A DNA stretch of 64,000 nt from Vicinamibacterales bacterium (GTDB lineage: Bacteria > Acidobacteriota > Vicinamibacteria > Vicinamibacterales > UBA8438). The notes beneath the pieces are model-generated. The model saw only the letters and a list, made by a program, of their open reading frames with translations, was not told where the DNA came from and made no database searches. The first letter of the stretch is position 1; every line of letters begins with the position of its first letter. Below are positions 18,369 to 27,624 of this stretch, piece after piece. The DNA lies in the NCBI GenBank assembly GCA_963664545.2, contig OY761475.2, positions 1,663,247 to 1,727,246 of the forward strand. The letters run 5' to 3'. The position numbers and the translations under genes were made by a program.

Positions 18369-19874
18369 TCAACGCAGGGAAGAAGACACGCCCGACACCG
18401 CGTCGCAGGCGAGGACGTAGCTCGCGCCGTCGAGGCCCAGGCCGCGGTACGCGGGGGTCTGGCGCGCGAGGGTGCGGCGCGCGAAGTCCAGATAGGCGGG
18501 TTCCTCGGCGAGGTCGGTGAGGCGGGCGAGGACCGTCGCGGCGCGGCAGTTGAGGTCGAGGGGGTGGACGGGTTCGCGTAACAGGCCGACCGGCGCGTCG
18601 GGCCCGGTCAGCGTCGGGTCGCGGTCGAGGAAGCCGCCGGCGTCGTCCCACAGGGCGTGGCGGCAGTAGGCCATCAGCTCGCGGGGCATGTCGAGATAGA
18701 CGGGCTGGCCGGTGGCCTCGTAGAGGTCGAGCAGCGCCGCGCTCGCCAGCACCTGGTCGGCGAGGAGGCCGCGGGGGGCCGCATCGCCGGTGGCGGCGTG
18801 CCCGACGCCGGCACCGCGCTCGTAGGTCGCCCCGACCACCCGGTCGACCGACTCGGCCGCGAACTCGAGGAGCGAGCGGTCGTCGAGCACCGTCGCGCCG
18901 TGCACGTAGGCCGAGGCCATGACCGCGGTGGCGTCGGTGTAGACGGTCCGGTCGACGGCCCCCGCCCCCGGCGCCGGGGAATGCCCGGGCCGGTCCGGGT
19001 CGGGCGCCCCGCGCTGGCTGGCGAAGAAGCCGCCGTCGGGGTCGGCCAGGGTCGCGTGCACGAAGCGGACGAGGGCGCGCGCGCGGTCGGCGTAGTCTTC
19101 GCGCTCGAAGAGCGTCGACGCGGTCAGGTAGAGGTCGAGGAGGCGCGCGTTCGGCAGGAGCAGCTTCTCGGGCGCGGGTTCCGACCAGTCGCGGCCCGCG
19201 CAGTAGCGGAAGAAGCCGCCGTCCACGGGGTCCCACAGGCCGCCGCCGGCCATGGCGTCGAGGGTGCGGGTGACGACGCGGGTCAGGCCGGGGTCGCGGG
19301 TGCGGCGGCACAACCGCAGGGCGTCGGCGAGGGCGTCGGCCTCGACCCGCTTGGGGCCGGCGCCGAAGCCGGCCCAGGTCTCGTCGAACCGCGCCGTCAG
19401 CAGATCGCGGAGCCACCGCCCGGCGTCGTCGTCGAGCCCGGCGCCGTCGGCCGCATGGCCGTCGATCTGACCAACGCCGGCAGTACGATCCGCGCGGGCG
19501 TCGATGTCGGCGCGCCGCGCGGCGAACGCCGCGGCCACGTCCGCCAGCACCTGCGTCAGGGCGTCGGCGTCGAGATAGGCGCCGCCGCCCAGCAGGTCGC
19601 CGTCAGGCGTGAGGAACGCGGTGGTGGGCCAGCCGTCGAGGGTGTAGCGCGCGCTGACGTCGGGCCGGCGCTCGGCGTCGACCCTCACCGGCACGAACCG
19701 GCCGGCCACGAGTTGTACGACGCGCGGGTCGCGGAAGCTGAACCGGTCCATCTCGGCCGTCCACCGGCACCACGCGGTGCCGACGAACAGCAGCATCGGT
19801 TTCTGTTCCGCCGCCGCGCGGGCGAAGGCGTCGGCCCCCCAGTCGAGCCACCCGATCGATTCCGCCGCAGGCAT
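18369..19874 (-). CDS. thioredoxin-domain protein (DUF255/YyaL-like)
   Basis: ATG 19874. 'KPMLLFVGTAWCRWTAEMD' thioredoxin-like N-domain, with the second Cys of the usual CxxC replaced by Thr. Followed by an alpha-toroid-like repeat region. Confidence 0.8.
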   Translation of the reverse strand: MPAAESIGWLDWGADAFARAAAEQKPMLLFVGTAWCRWTAEMDRFSFRDPRVVQLVAGRFVPVRVDAERRPDVSARYTLDGWPTTAFLTPDGDLLGGGAYLDADALTQVLADVAAAFAARRADIDARADRTAGVGQIDGHAADGAGLDDDAGRWLRDLLTARFDETWAGFGAGPKRVEADALADALRLCRRTRDPGLTRVVTRTLDAMAGGGLWDPVDGGFFRYCAGRDWSEPAPEKLLLPNARLLDLYLTASTLFEREDYADRARALVRFVHATLADPDGGFFASQRGAPDPDRPGHSPAPGAGAVDRTVYTDATAVMASAYVHGATVLDDRSLLEFAAESVDRVVGATYERGAGVGHAATGDAAPRGLLADQVLASAALLDLYEATGQPVYLDMPRELMAYCRHALWDDAGGFLDRDPTLTGPDAPVGLLREPVHPLDLNCRAATVLARLTDLAEEPAYLDFARRTLARQTPAYRGLGLDGASYVLACDAVSGVSSSLR

Positions 19875-19945
19875 GCGGACAATGTACGGCAACCGCCGTT
19901 GCCGGGCCGCGCCAACCGCGGTTTCCGCGACACGGCGCAACGCGG

Positions 19946-20353
19946 CTACGGGTTCGCCTGGGCCAGCAGCAGCTCGTACATCCGGTCGATACGCTCTCCG
20001 CCACTCTCGATCTTGCGATCCAGCTCCGCATGGGCGGCCCGGTTCTCCGCTTGCGCAGCCTCGATCAGCGCGCGGTTCTCCGCCTGCGCGGCTTCGATCA
20101 GCGCGCGGTTCTCCGCCTGCGCGGCTTCGATCAGCGCGCGGTTCTCCGCCTGCGCGGCTTCGATCAACGCCCGGTCCTCGGCCTTCGCAGCTTCGATCGA
20201 CGCCCGCATCTCCGTCCGAACGGCGTCTATGGACGCCTGTACGTCGGCCGTGAATCCGGCCGCCAACGAGACCATGCCGACCACCAGGAGCCCGACCGCC
20301 GCCATCGCGGCGACGACCGCCGCTCCGGCATTCACCCATTCACGCTTGAACAT
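19946..20353 (-). CDS. membrane-anchored coiled-coil protein with 11-aa tandem repeats
   Basis: ATG 20353 (MFKREW). One TM helix, then 'RALIEAAQAEN' x4 with degenerate flanking copies. Lies between the OsmC-like and thioredoxin-like genes on the same strand. Confidence 0.55.
   Translation of the reverse strand: MFKREWVNAGAAVVAAMAAVGLLVVGMVSLAAGFTADVQASIDAVRTEMRASIEAAKAEDRALIEAAQAENRALIEAAQAENRALIEAAQAENRALIEAAQAENRAAHAELDRKIESGGERIDRMYELLLAQANP
20037..20234. repeat. 33-bp tandem repeat, about 6 units (3 near-identical core units)
   Basis: Unit 'gcgcggttctccgcctgcgcggcttcgatcagc' at 20070, 20103 and 20136, with degenerate units either side. In frame within CDS 19946-20353. Confidence 0.9.
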
Positions 20354-20455
20354 CGCTCCACCTCCCCGACGCGGGCGCGACGCCCCGTCGCCGCGCCGCC
20401 GCCATTCCAGAGACATGCCAGAAGCATGCCGGGCGACGGCGACCCGGTCAGGGGA

Positions 20456-20926
20456 TCACTCCTCCGTGATGTCGGCGTCGATGTCGAGGTCGATGCAACC
20501 GCGCACGCTGTTGGCGGCGGGGCACTTCGTCGCGTGCGTGTCGACCGCCCGCTGCGCCTTCTCCAGGGTGCCGGCCGGGACGCGCAGGCGGTACCGCACG
20601 CGGATGGTCGTGATGCGCAGCACGTTGTCGATGGCCTGGATGTCGCCCTCCACGCTGGCCTGCAGCTTGTCCTTCGGCGCCGGGATGTCGCGCACCTCCA
20701 GTGCGCGTGCAAGGGTGCCGAGCAGTCAACCGCCGACGGCGCCGACCATGTAGTCGAGGGTGGCCGGCACGTCCTCGGGCGGCTCGACGCCGTAGAACGC
20801 CTTGATGCCCCCGTGGACGCCGAACCGAATCGGCTCGTCGAAACCCTCCAGATACGCGTGCCGCAGCGGACCGCCGATACGCTCGATCCGCAGCTTGCTC
20901 GTGTGCACCACTGCTGTTTCTGCCAC
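20456..20926 (-). CDS. OsmC/Ohr-family peroxiredoxin-like selenoprotein with in-frame TGA at 20726-20728
   Basis: Track ORFs 20456-20695 and 20726-21235 share a frame and are joined only by one TGA. The read-through gives '...LDYMVGAVGG-U-LLGTLARALEVRDI...HATKCPAANSVRG'. U sits where OsmC/Ohr has the peroxidatic Cys. GTG 20926 follows GGAGGA. Confidence 0.75.
20689..20707 (-). promoter_or_regulatory. candidate bacterial SECIS hairpin
   Basis: The mRNA reads CGCGCAC-UGGAG-GUGCGCG, a perfect 7-bp stem. It starts 18 nt 3' of the UGA at 20726-20728. Confidence 0.4.
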
Positions 20927-21384
20927 CAGATTCCTCCGTGCGCCCGCGCCTGGGAGCCCGCGGAAAGTCCCCGCTTGCGTCGGGACCGGCGATGCGTCCC
21001 GCGCCTCGCCGCCCCGCCGGCGCCTTCGGGCGCGGTGCGGAGCGGGAGTTCGCCGCGGGCTCCCGGCGTGCACCGACATGGCCGGGGCTAGCCCGGAGAG
21101 CCCCGCGCGTGCGCCCCCGGCTCCCGCGGGCTCCCGCCCCGGCGCCTCTGAACCTGATGCTACAATTTTCGGTCCGCGTACACCAAGGGCCGATGTCCGC
21201 ACCCTCACCCGGCGGTCCGCCGACTCCCCCGTCACCGGCTGCGCCCAGCGACGTTCATCGACCCGCCCGGCGGCTGGTCGACGGCGAACGGGCCGATGGC
21301 CCTGCCGAGGCGGCCGGGCCGCGGGGGCGGGGGCCGTCCGAGCCGTCCGAGCCGCCTTCCCCGTCGCCGCCCGCCCTCGGCGAC

Positions 21385-22818
21385 ATGGACGCGGCGGCGT
21401 TCCGGCGGGCCGGCCACGAACTGGTCGACTGGATAGCCGGCTATCTCGAAGAGGCCGAGCGCTACCCGGTGCTGTCGCGGGTGAAGCCCGGCGAGGTCCG
21501 CGGCGCCGTGCCCCCGGCCGCGCCCGACGCCGGCGAGCCGTGGAGCGCCATCCGCGACGACGTCGAACGCATCGTCGTCCCCGGCCTCACCCACTGGAAC
21601 CATCCCGGGTTCTTCGCCTACTTCGCGATCAGCGCCAGCGGCCCCGGCATCCTCGCCGACTTCCTGAGCGCCGCGTTCAACGCCCAGGGCATGCTGTGGC
21701 GCACCTCCCCGGCGGTGACCGAGCTGGAAGGGGCGGCCCTCGGCTGGCTGCGGCGCCTGCTCGGGCTGCCCGACGGCTTCGAGGGCGTCATCTACGACAC
21801 CGCGTCCATCTCGACCCTGCACGCGCTGGCCGCGGCCCGGCAGGCGGTGCCCGAGGTGCGCGAGCGCGGCCTCGCCAGCCGCCCCGACCTCCCGGCGCCG
21901 CGCATCTACTGCTCAGAGCACGCCCACTCGTCGGTCGACAAGGCGGTGATGACGCTGGGGCTGGGCCACCGCGGGCTGCGGCGCATCCCCACCGACGAGC
22001 GCTTCCGCCTGCGCCCCGACGCCCTCGCCGCCGCCGTCGACGAGGACCGGCGGAACGGGATGACGCCGCTCGCGGTGGTCGCGACCGTGGGCACCACCGC
22101 GGTCACCAGCGTCGACCCGGTGCCGGCCATCGCCGAAGTCTGCGCCCGCGAGGGGCTGTGGCTGCACGTCGACGCCGCCTACGCGGGGGCGGCGGCCATG
22201 GTGCCCGGCCACGAGGACACGCTGGCGGGGTGCGACCGCGCCGACTCGTTGGTCGTGAACCCCCACAAGTGGCTGTTCATCCCCTTCGACCTCAGCGCCC
22301 TCTACTGCCGCCGCATGGACCGGCTGGAGGAGGCGTTCGCCCTGACCCCCGACTACCTGCAGACCCGCGAGCCGGGGGCGGTGCGCAACCTCATGGACAC
22401 TGGCGTGCAGCTCGGGCGCCGCTTCCGCGCCCTGAAACTGTGGATGGTGCTGCGCTACTTCGGGGCCGACGGCATCCGCCGCCGCCTCGCCGAGCACATG
22501 CGGCTCGCCCGCGTCTTCGCGGACTGGGTGGACGCGGACAACCGCTTCGAGCGCCTCGCCCCCGCCCCATTCTCGGTGGTCTGCTTCCGCGCCAACCCGG
22601 CCGAGCCGGCCGGCGACCTCGACGACCTGAACGCGCGCCTGCTCGACGCCGTCAACGCCACCGGCGAGGTCTTCCTGTCGCATACGCGGCTCGACGGCCG
22701 CTTCGCCCTGCGCCTAGCGGTGGGGCACATCCGCACCGAGGAACGTCACGTGCGGCGCGCGTGGGACCTGCTGAACGAGCACCTGGACCGGCTTCATCAG
22801 GGCCCGCGGCCCGCCTGA
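21385..22818 (+). CDS. group II PLP-dependent (aromatic-L-amino-acid-type) decarboxylase
   Basis: 'MDAAAFRRAGHELVDWIAGYL' and 'THWNHPGFFAYF', plus PLP-Lys motif 'VVNPHKWLF'. Upstream in-frame ATG 21193 would add a Pro-rich extension. Confidence 0.85.
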   Translation: MDAAAFRRAGHELVDWIAGYLEEAERYPVLSRVKPGEVRGAVPPAAPDAGEPWSAIRDDVERIVVPGLTHWNHPGFFAYFAISASGPGILADFLSAAFNAQGMLWRTSPAVTELEGAALGWLRRLLGLPDGFEGVIYDTASISTLHALAAARQAVPEVRERGLASRPDLPAPRIYCSEHAHSSVDKAVMTLGLGHRGLRRIPTDERFRLRPDALAAAVDEDRRNGMTPLAVVATVGTTAVTSVDPVPAIAEVCAREGLWLHVDAAYAGAAAMVPGHEDTLAGCDRADSLVVNPHKWLFIPFDLSALYCRRMDRLEEAFALTPDYLQTREPGAVRNLMDTGVQLGRRFRALKLWMVLRYFGADGIRRRLAEHMRLARVFADWVDADNRFERLAPAPFSVVCFRANPAEPAGDLDDLNARLLDAVNATGEVFLSHTRLDGRFALRLAVGHIRTEERHVRRAWDLLNEHLDRLHQGPRPA

Positions 22819-22846
22819 CGATCTGTGCGATAGCTGAAGGGGCGGC

Positions 22847-23296
22847 TCACGCCGGCGGCGCGGTCAGGCGCCAGCGCTCGACCCACGCCTCGTCCACCCG
22901 CTCCACCGCCACCAGTCCGTTCACCGGGAACGGCGGCAGGCCCTCGTCCCCGTCCAGCAGGCGGCGCAGCAGCCGGTCGAGGTGAGGCATGTGGCCCACC
23001 AGCATCACGTCGCGCGTCTCGACCTCCAGCAGATCGGCGAGCCGCGGGGGGTCGCCGGGCTGCGCCCACCGCGTGGCCGTGAACTCGGCCAAGGGGTTGC
23101 AGGCTCGCCAGTACGCCTCGGCCGTCTGCCGGGCCCGCAGCTTGCCGCTGTGCCAGACGGCGGCGGGGCGCACCCCCCGCGCCGCCGCCTGAGCGGCCAA
23201 GGCGTCGGCCTGCCCGCGGCCGCGGGGGGACAGTGGCCGCTGAGGATCTTCCGCGGGCCCGAGCGCGTCTCCGTGATGAGCGAGATAGAAGAACAT
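22847..23296 (-). CDS. SixA-like histidine phosphatase
   Basis: 'YLAHHGDA...PLSPRGRGQA...LRARQTAE...LVGHMPHL' matches the SixA/histidine-phosphatase layout. The Arg of the RHG motif is replaced by His. Confidence 0.7.
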   Translation of the reverse strand: MFFYLAHHGDALGPAEDPQRPLSPRGRGQADALAAQAAARGVRPAAVWHSGKLRARQTAEAYWRACNPLAEFTATRWAQPGDPPRLADLLEVETRDVMLVGHMPHLDRLLRRLLDGDEGLPPFPVNGLVAVERVDEAWVERWRLTAPPA

Positions 23297-23378
23297 CGGC
23301 CGACGGTCTGAGGATGGCGCGGCCGGCGTTCCGGGTCAACCCCGGGGCGCGCCGGCATCCGCGATATGATCGCCCGCC

Positions 23379-24686
23379 ATGGACCTGTTCAGCTCGGTAG
23401 ACCCGGTCGCGGCCATCTCCCTCGGCGGCCTCGCAGTGGCCATCATCGTAAGCTGCACCATCCGGCTGCACGTCGGCTTCCTGGCCATCTCGCTGGCCTG
23501 GCTCGTCGGCGTCTACGCCGCCGGCATGAGCGCGCGCGAGGTGATGGCGGGCTTCCCGGCTCGGCTCTTCCTGACCCTGGCCGGGGTCACCCTGCTGTTC
23601 TCGATGGCCCAGCTCAACGGCACCCTCGACCGGATCGCCCACCGCGCCGTCAGCTACGCCCGCGGCAACGTCGGCGTCATGCCGATGATGTTCTTCCTGC
23701 TCGCGTTCCTCCTCGCGTCGATCGGGCCCGGCAACATCGCCTCGACCGCGATCATCGCCCCCATGTCGATGGCGGTGGCGGGGCAGGTGGGGGTGCCGGC
23801 ATTCCTGATGGCGATCATGACGGGCATGGGGGCCAACGCGGGGTCGCTCTCGCCCATCGCGCCGACCGGCGTCATCGTGAACGGGGTGATGGAGCAGTTC
23901 GGGATGGGCGGTTACGAGGTCTACAATTACCTGAACAACATGATGGCGCACACCGTGGTGGTGTTCACCGCCTACTTCGCCTTCGGCGGCCTGAAGCTGC
24001 TCGGCCGCTACCACGAGGGCGCGGTGGACGTGCCGTCGAGCGACGGGAGCGGCGACGCCAGCGACAGCGGCGGCCCGGTCACCTTCACGCGGACGCACCT
24101 TGTCACGCTCGCGGTCATCGCCACCCTCATCGTCAGCGTCATCTTCTTCGACGTCGACGTCGGGCTCGGGGCGTTCGCGGGGGCGGTGCTGCTGAGCCTG
24201 CTCAAGGCGGGCGACGAGCTCGAGGCGGTGAAGATCATGCCGTGGCGGGTCATCATGATGGTGTGCGGGGTGACCGTGCTCATCGAGGTGCTCGGCCAGA
24301 CCGGGGGGCTCGACCTGTTCACCGACCTCATCGAGCGCCCCGCGGCCATCGCCCCCACGTTCATCATGGCCGCGTCGACCGGGTTCATCTCGATCTACAG
24401 CAGCACGTCGGGCGTCGTGCTGCCCGCGTTCCTCCCCACCGTGGCTGAGCTCGGGCAGCGGCTGTCGGTCGAGCCCATCGCCCTCGCCTCGGCCATGAAC
24501 GTCGGCGGGCACCTCGTCGACGTCTCGCCGCTGTCGACCCTCGGCGCCCTGTGCATGGCGGCCGCGCATCCCAGCGTGGACACGCGCGACCTGTTCAACA
24601 AGCTGATGGCGTGGGGCCTGTCGATGACCGTCGTGGGGGGGCTGGTGTCGTGGCTGCTGTTCAGCGTGCTGGGCATCGGGGTGTAG
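23379..24686 (+). CDS. ion-transporter-superfamily permease (ArsB/NhaD/CitMHS-like)
   Basis: 435 aa and highly hydrophobic, with about 12 TM segments and a central hydrophilic loop. Substrate not assignable. Confidence 0.65.
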   Translation: MDLFSSVDPVAAISLGGLAVAIIVSCTIRLHVGFLAISLAWLVGVYAAGMSAREVMAGFPARLFLTLAGVTLLFSMAQLNGTLDRIAHRAVSYARGNVGVMPMMFFLLAFLLASIGPGNIASTAIIAPMSMAVAGQVGVPAFLMAIMTGMGANAGSLSPIAPTGVIVNGVMEQFGMGGYEVYNYLNNMMAHTVVVFTAYFAFGGLKLLGRYHEGAVDVPSSDGSGDASDSGGPVTFTRTHLVTLAVIATLIVSVIFFDVDVGLGAFAGAVLLSLLKAGDELEAVKIMPWRVIMMVCGVTVLIEVLGQTGGLDLFTDLIERPAAIAPTFIMAASTGFISIYSSTSGVVLPAFLPTVAELGQRLSVEPIALASAMNVGGHLVDVSPLSTLGALCMAAAHPSVDTRDLFNKLMAWGLSMTVVGGLVSWLLFSVLGIGV

Positions 24687-24748
24687 GGGCGCGCGGTAGA
24701 GGGAGCGGCCCGGCGGACACCGCAGTCGGTGAAACGTGGAGGCATCGG

Positions 24749-25510
24749 ATGAGAACACGCCTGACGTACGCGGCACTGGTCGGCCTGTTGCTGATTCCCG
24801 GCGTCCGCGACGCCGCCGCGCAGGTCATGCGCTGGCAGGTCGACGGCGAGACGCGCCAAGCCATCGTCCACGCTCCCGCTTCCACAGCACCGGGCGGGTC
24901 TCCGCTGGTCCTGTCGTTCCACGGGTTCGGCGACAACGCGCAGAACTTCCAGTACACGAACCTCCACGTGGCGTGGCCCGAGGCGATCGTCGTGTACTTC
25001 CAGGGACTGCCGACGCGCCGCGGCCTCCCCGGATGGCAGGTGGAGCCCGGCGGCGGCAACCGCGACCTCGCGCTCGTCGACGCGGCCCTGGCGTGGCTGC
25101 GCGAGCGGTACAACATTGACGACGACCGCATCTACGCGACGGGGTACTCGAACGGCGGGATGTTCACCTACCTCCTCTGGGCGGAGCGTCCCGGCGTTTT
25201 CGCCGCGTACGCGCCGGTGGCGGCCCGACTCCGCGCTTCGGTGCGGCCCGTCGAGCCCCGGCCCGTCTTCCACGTGGCCGGGGAGAGCGACCGGGTGGTC
25301 CGCTTCTCCGATCAGGAAGCCGCGATAGCCGTCGCCATCGACGTGAACGGAGTCGACGCCGCGACCGGGTGCGGAGTCGGCTGCACGGTGTACGGAGCCG
25401 ATACGGCGGTGCCGGTCGTGACCTGGATCCATCCCGGTGCCCACGTCTACCCGCGCGGGACCAGCGAGCGGATCGCTTCCTTCTTCCGCCGGCATTCCCG
25501 CGAGCCTTGA
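24749..25510 (+). CDS. secreted esterase (PHB-depolymerase/LpqC-like)
   Basis: ATG 24749 follows GGAGG. Signal peptide. 'LVLSFHGFGDN' and nucleophile elbow 'GYSNGGMF'. Confidence 0.75.
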   Translation: MRTRLTYAALVGLLLIPGVRDAAAQVMRWQVDGETRQAIVHAPASTAPGGSPLVLSFHGFGDNAQNFQYTNLHVAWPEAIVVYFQGLPTRRGLPGWQVEPGGGNRDLALVDAALAWLRERYNIDDDRIYATGYSNGGMFTYLLWAERPGVFAAYAPVAARLRASVRPVEPRPVFHVAGESDRVVRFSDQEAAIAVAIDVNGVDAATGCGVGCTVYGADTAVPVVTWIHPGAHVYPRGTSERIASFFRRHSREP

Positions 25511-25602
25511 CCGCACCGAGGAAGATGCCGGCGGGACGTCAGGGCGGACCCCTTCGCGACCCTCCCGGGGCGCTCGGCGGCGCCCGGGACGCCGCGCCCC
25601 GC

Positions 25603-26556
25603 ATGATTCGCGAGCCGATCACCGGCCCGCGAGCGTGGACCCGCCGCACGATTCGCGAGAGCGACTGGCGGATCGCACTGCCGTCGCGTTGCCTCGACGA
25701 GATCGAGCGCCTCGCGCGCACTCTCCAGCGCGACCCGGTGCCGACCTGCCTGCTCGACCCCGCGGACTACGAACTCGACGCCTGCCGCGGACTGTTGCGC
25801 GAAGTGCGCCGGCGCCTTGATGAAGGCCCCGGCGTGGTCGTGGTGGACCGGATTCCCATCAAGGAACTCGCCGGCCGCCCGCAGATCGAGGCGGTGTTCT
25901 GGCTGCTCGCGGCGATGGTCGGCCGCCCCGTGGTCCAGACGCGCGACGGCGAGATCCTGGTGGAGGTCACCGACACCGGCGTGAAGAAGCGCATCGGGGT
26001 CCGCGGCTACCGCACCAACGTCGCGCAGCCCCCGCACGTCGACAACTCCTTCAACCACGCGCCGCCCGACCACGTGAGCCTGCTCTGCCTGCGCGCCGCC
26101 CGCGAGGGCGGGGCGAGCCGCTTCGTGAGCTTCTACTCGGTCCATAACGCCCTGCTCGCCGAGCACCCGCGGCTACTCGAACGCCTCTACCGCCCCTTCC
26201 ACCAGGACCGGCAGGGCGACTTCTGGCCGGACGAGCCGCAGACCGTGTTCTTCCCCGTCTTCGAGCTGCGGCCCGACCTGCGCTGCCGCTACACCCACTT
26301 CACCATCCCGGCCGGCTACGAGACGGCGGGGGTCGAGATGGACAACCTGACGCGGGCCGCCTTCGAGACGATGACCCGCGTGGTGCAGGACCCGGACCTG
26401 TGCTGCGAGTTCACCCTCCGGCCGGGCGAGCTTCACTTCGTGAACAACCGCTGGTGCGGCCACGGCCGCACCGCCTACGTCGACGATCCGGAACGAAGGC
26501 GCCTCATGCTGCGGCTCTGGCACCGCGACGGCGGGTCGCGCCGCTACCGCGGCTGA
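25603..26556 (+). CDS. TauD/TfdA-family Fe(II)/2-oxoglutarate dioxygenase
   Basis: ATG 25603. 'QPPHVDNS' HxD iron motif, 'ASRFVS' and a C-terminal 'CGHGRTAY' region. Confidence 0.8.
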   Translation: MIREPITGPRAWTRRTIRESDWRIALPSRCLDEIERLARTLQRDPVPTCLLDPADYELDACRGLLREVRRRLDEGPGVVVVDRIPIKELAGRPQIEAVFWLLAAMVGRPVVQTRDGEILVEVTDTGVKKRIGVRGYRTNVAQPPHVDNSFNHAPPDHVSLLCLRAAREGGASRFVSFYSVHNALLAEHPRLLERLYRPFHQDRQGDFWPDEPQTVFFPVFELRPDLRCRYTHFTIPAGYETAGVEMDNLTRAAFETMTRVVQDPDLCCEFTLRPGELHFVNNRWCGHGRTAYVDDPERRRLMLRLWHRDGGSRRYRG

Positions 26557-26559
26557 ACG

Positions 26560-26790
26560 CTGCGGCCGCCCCAGCATCCACTGGCCCGTCCCTGCCGACG
26601 GAAGGTCGGTGCACCACCTCGGCCGGATCCGGTAGGCGCGAAGGCGCCCGGCGAGTTCCTTCAGCAGCCTCGACTTGCTTCTGAAGTTCACGATCTTCCA
26701 GCGCACGGCAACGGGCACCAGCTTCGGCAACAGATGGCATAGAGCGGCCTCGGCCGACGGTTCTTCGACCAGCACCTCCAGGCGGGGCAT
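26560..26790 (-). pseudogene. DUF4276-like gene remnant (N-terminal part only)
   Basis: 'MPRLEVLVEEPSAEAALCHLLPKL...FRSKSRLLKELAGRL' resembles a DUF4276 start. Similarity fades after about 55 aa and the ORF then runs antisense into the TauD gene. The 3' limit is approximate. Confidence 0.4.
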
Positions 26791-27032
26791 CAGTCCGGCT
26801 CGGCCAAGGGGTCGCCATGCTCGAAGTGCCCCTCCATCCAGAGCTCGCCGAGCTCGGCGCCTTCATCCATGAACGCCTTGATGCCCGGCATCTTCGAGAC
26901 GCGATGAGCCTGCGTGTAGCCGTCGCGACCGCGGGAGAGCACGCGTACGTCCTCCGGCCGCAGCCCGTCGATGAAGTACGGCGAGTGCGTGGTGACGATG
27001 AGCTGCCCGCGCTCCGCCGACTGCAGGGGCAT
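26790..27032 (-). pseudogene. C-terminal remnant of an ABC/AAA_15-21-type ATPase
   Basis: 80-aa ORF with 'QLIVTTHSPYFIDGL' (H-loop region). No Walker A/B part lies upstream. ATGA overlap with the DUF4276-like start. Confidence 0.5.
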
Positions 27033-27063
27033 CGCGAGACGATCATAGCGCCTGCGCGCAACC

Positions 27064-27624
27064 TCACCGATAGGGGTCGGCGCGTCGGCCCGGCCGCTTA
27101 CGCAGGTAGCGGTCCACGAGACCCCACGCGATCAACAGCGGCATGAGCCACATCGCCGCGAAGATCGCGATGCTGTTCCGTCCCGGCCCCGCGAGGAGCC
27201 GGCCGATCTGGTCGCGGAACGGGTTGTCGCTCACCACGTAGTTCCAGGTCGACGCCGGGCCCTTGATGCCCACCCCCCCGAGATCGACGCGGCCGCCGTC
27301 GGCGCGCACGGCGTCCAGCTCGCCGCGCACCGCGTCGTCCATCTCGACCTCCATGTGTTCGTAGAGGTCGACGGCCTCGTCCGTGAAGCGCTTCAGCGGG
27401 TCCTGCTGGCCGAGCTGGACGAGGTGGATGCCCTCGCGGAGGTCGGCGCAGCGGGCGAGATGCTCGGCCCAGGCCCGGTCGAGGTGGTGCAGGGTCACCG
27501 CGACCTCCGCCCGGCGCACCGCCTCCTCGCCGCATGCCTCGACGAGCGCGCGGTACCGACCGGGCACGTCGGGCCAGACATCGGGCGCGGCCGAGCCGTG
27601 CAGCAGCGCCTGCCGGCGGTCCAT
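27064..27624 (-). CDS. SecA C-terminal (helical scaffold/wing) fragment with a C-terminal TM helix
   Basis: 'FRIRRTLSRYSGIVEQQRRHLMDRRQALL' and 'HLDRAWAEHLARCADLREGIHLVQLGQQDPLKRF' match SecA HSD/HWD blocks. Homology starts near 27695, where the decarboxylase gene ends. No motor domains are present. May be a pseudogene. Confidence 0.55.
   Translation of the reverse strand: MDRRQALLHGSAAPDVWPDVPGRYRALVEACGEEAVRRAEVAVTLHHLDRAWAEHLARCADLREGIHLVQLGQQDPLKRFTDEAVDLYEHMEVEMDDAVRGELDAVRADGGRVDLGGVGIKGPASTWNYVVSDNPFRDQIGRLLAGPGRNSIAIFAAMWLMPLLIAWGLVDRYLRKRPGRRADPYR

Noticed and set aside
20037-20234. Possible CRISPR array, because of regular 33-bp repeats.
   Set aside because: The repeats are directly tandem with no spacers. 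They are in frame inside a coding sequence and translate to an 11-aa coiled-coil repeat.
20456-21235. Treating 20456-20695 and 20726-21235 as two separate small genes, or as a frameshifted OsmC pseudogene.
   Set aside because: Both pieces are in the same frame with a single intervening TGA at the position of the conserved catalytic Cys. No frameshift is needed, and a GC hairpin follows at SECIS-like distance. The part of the track ORF upstream of GTG 20926 is non-protein-like.
21193-21384. Longer N-terminus for the PLP decarboxylase starting at ATG 21193.
   Set aside because: The extra 64 aa are Pro/Ser/Gly low complexity. Group II decarboxylases typically begin with the 'MD..FR..G...VD.I..Y' helix found at ATG 21385. 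It cannot be excluded without proteomic data.
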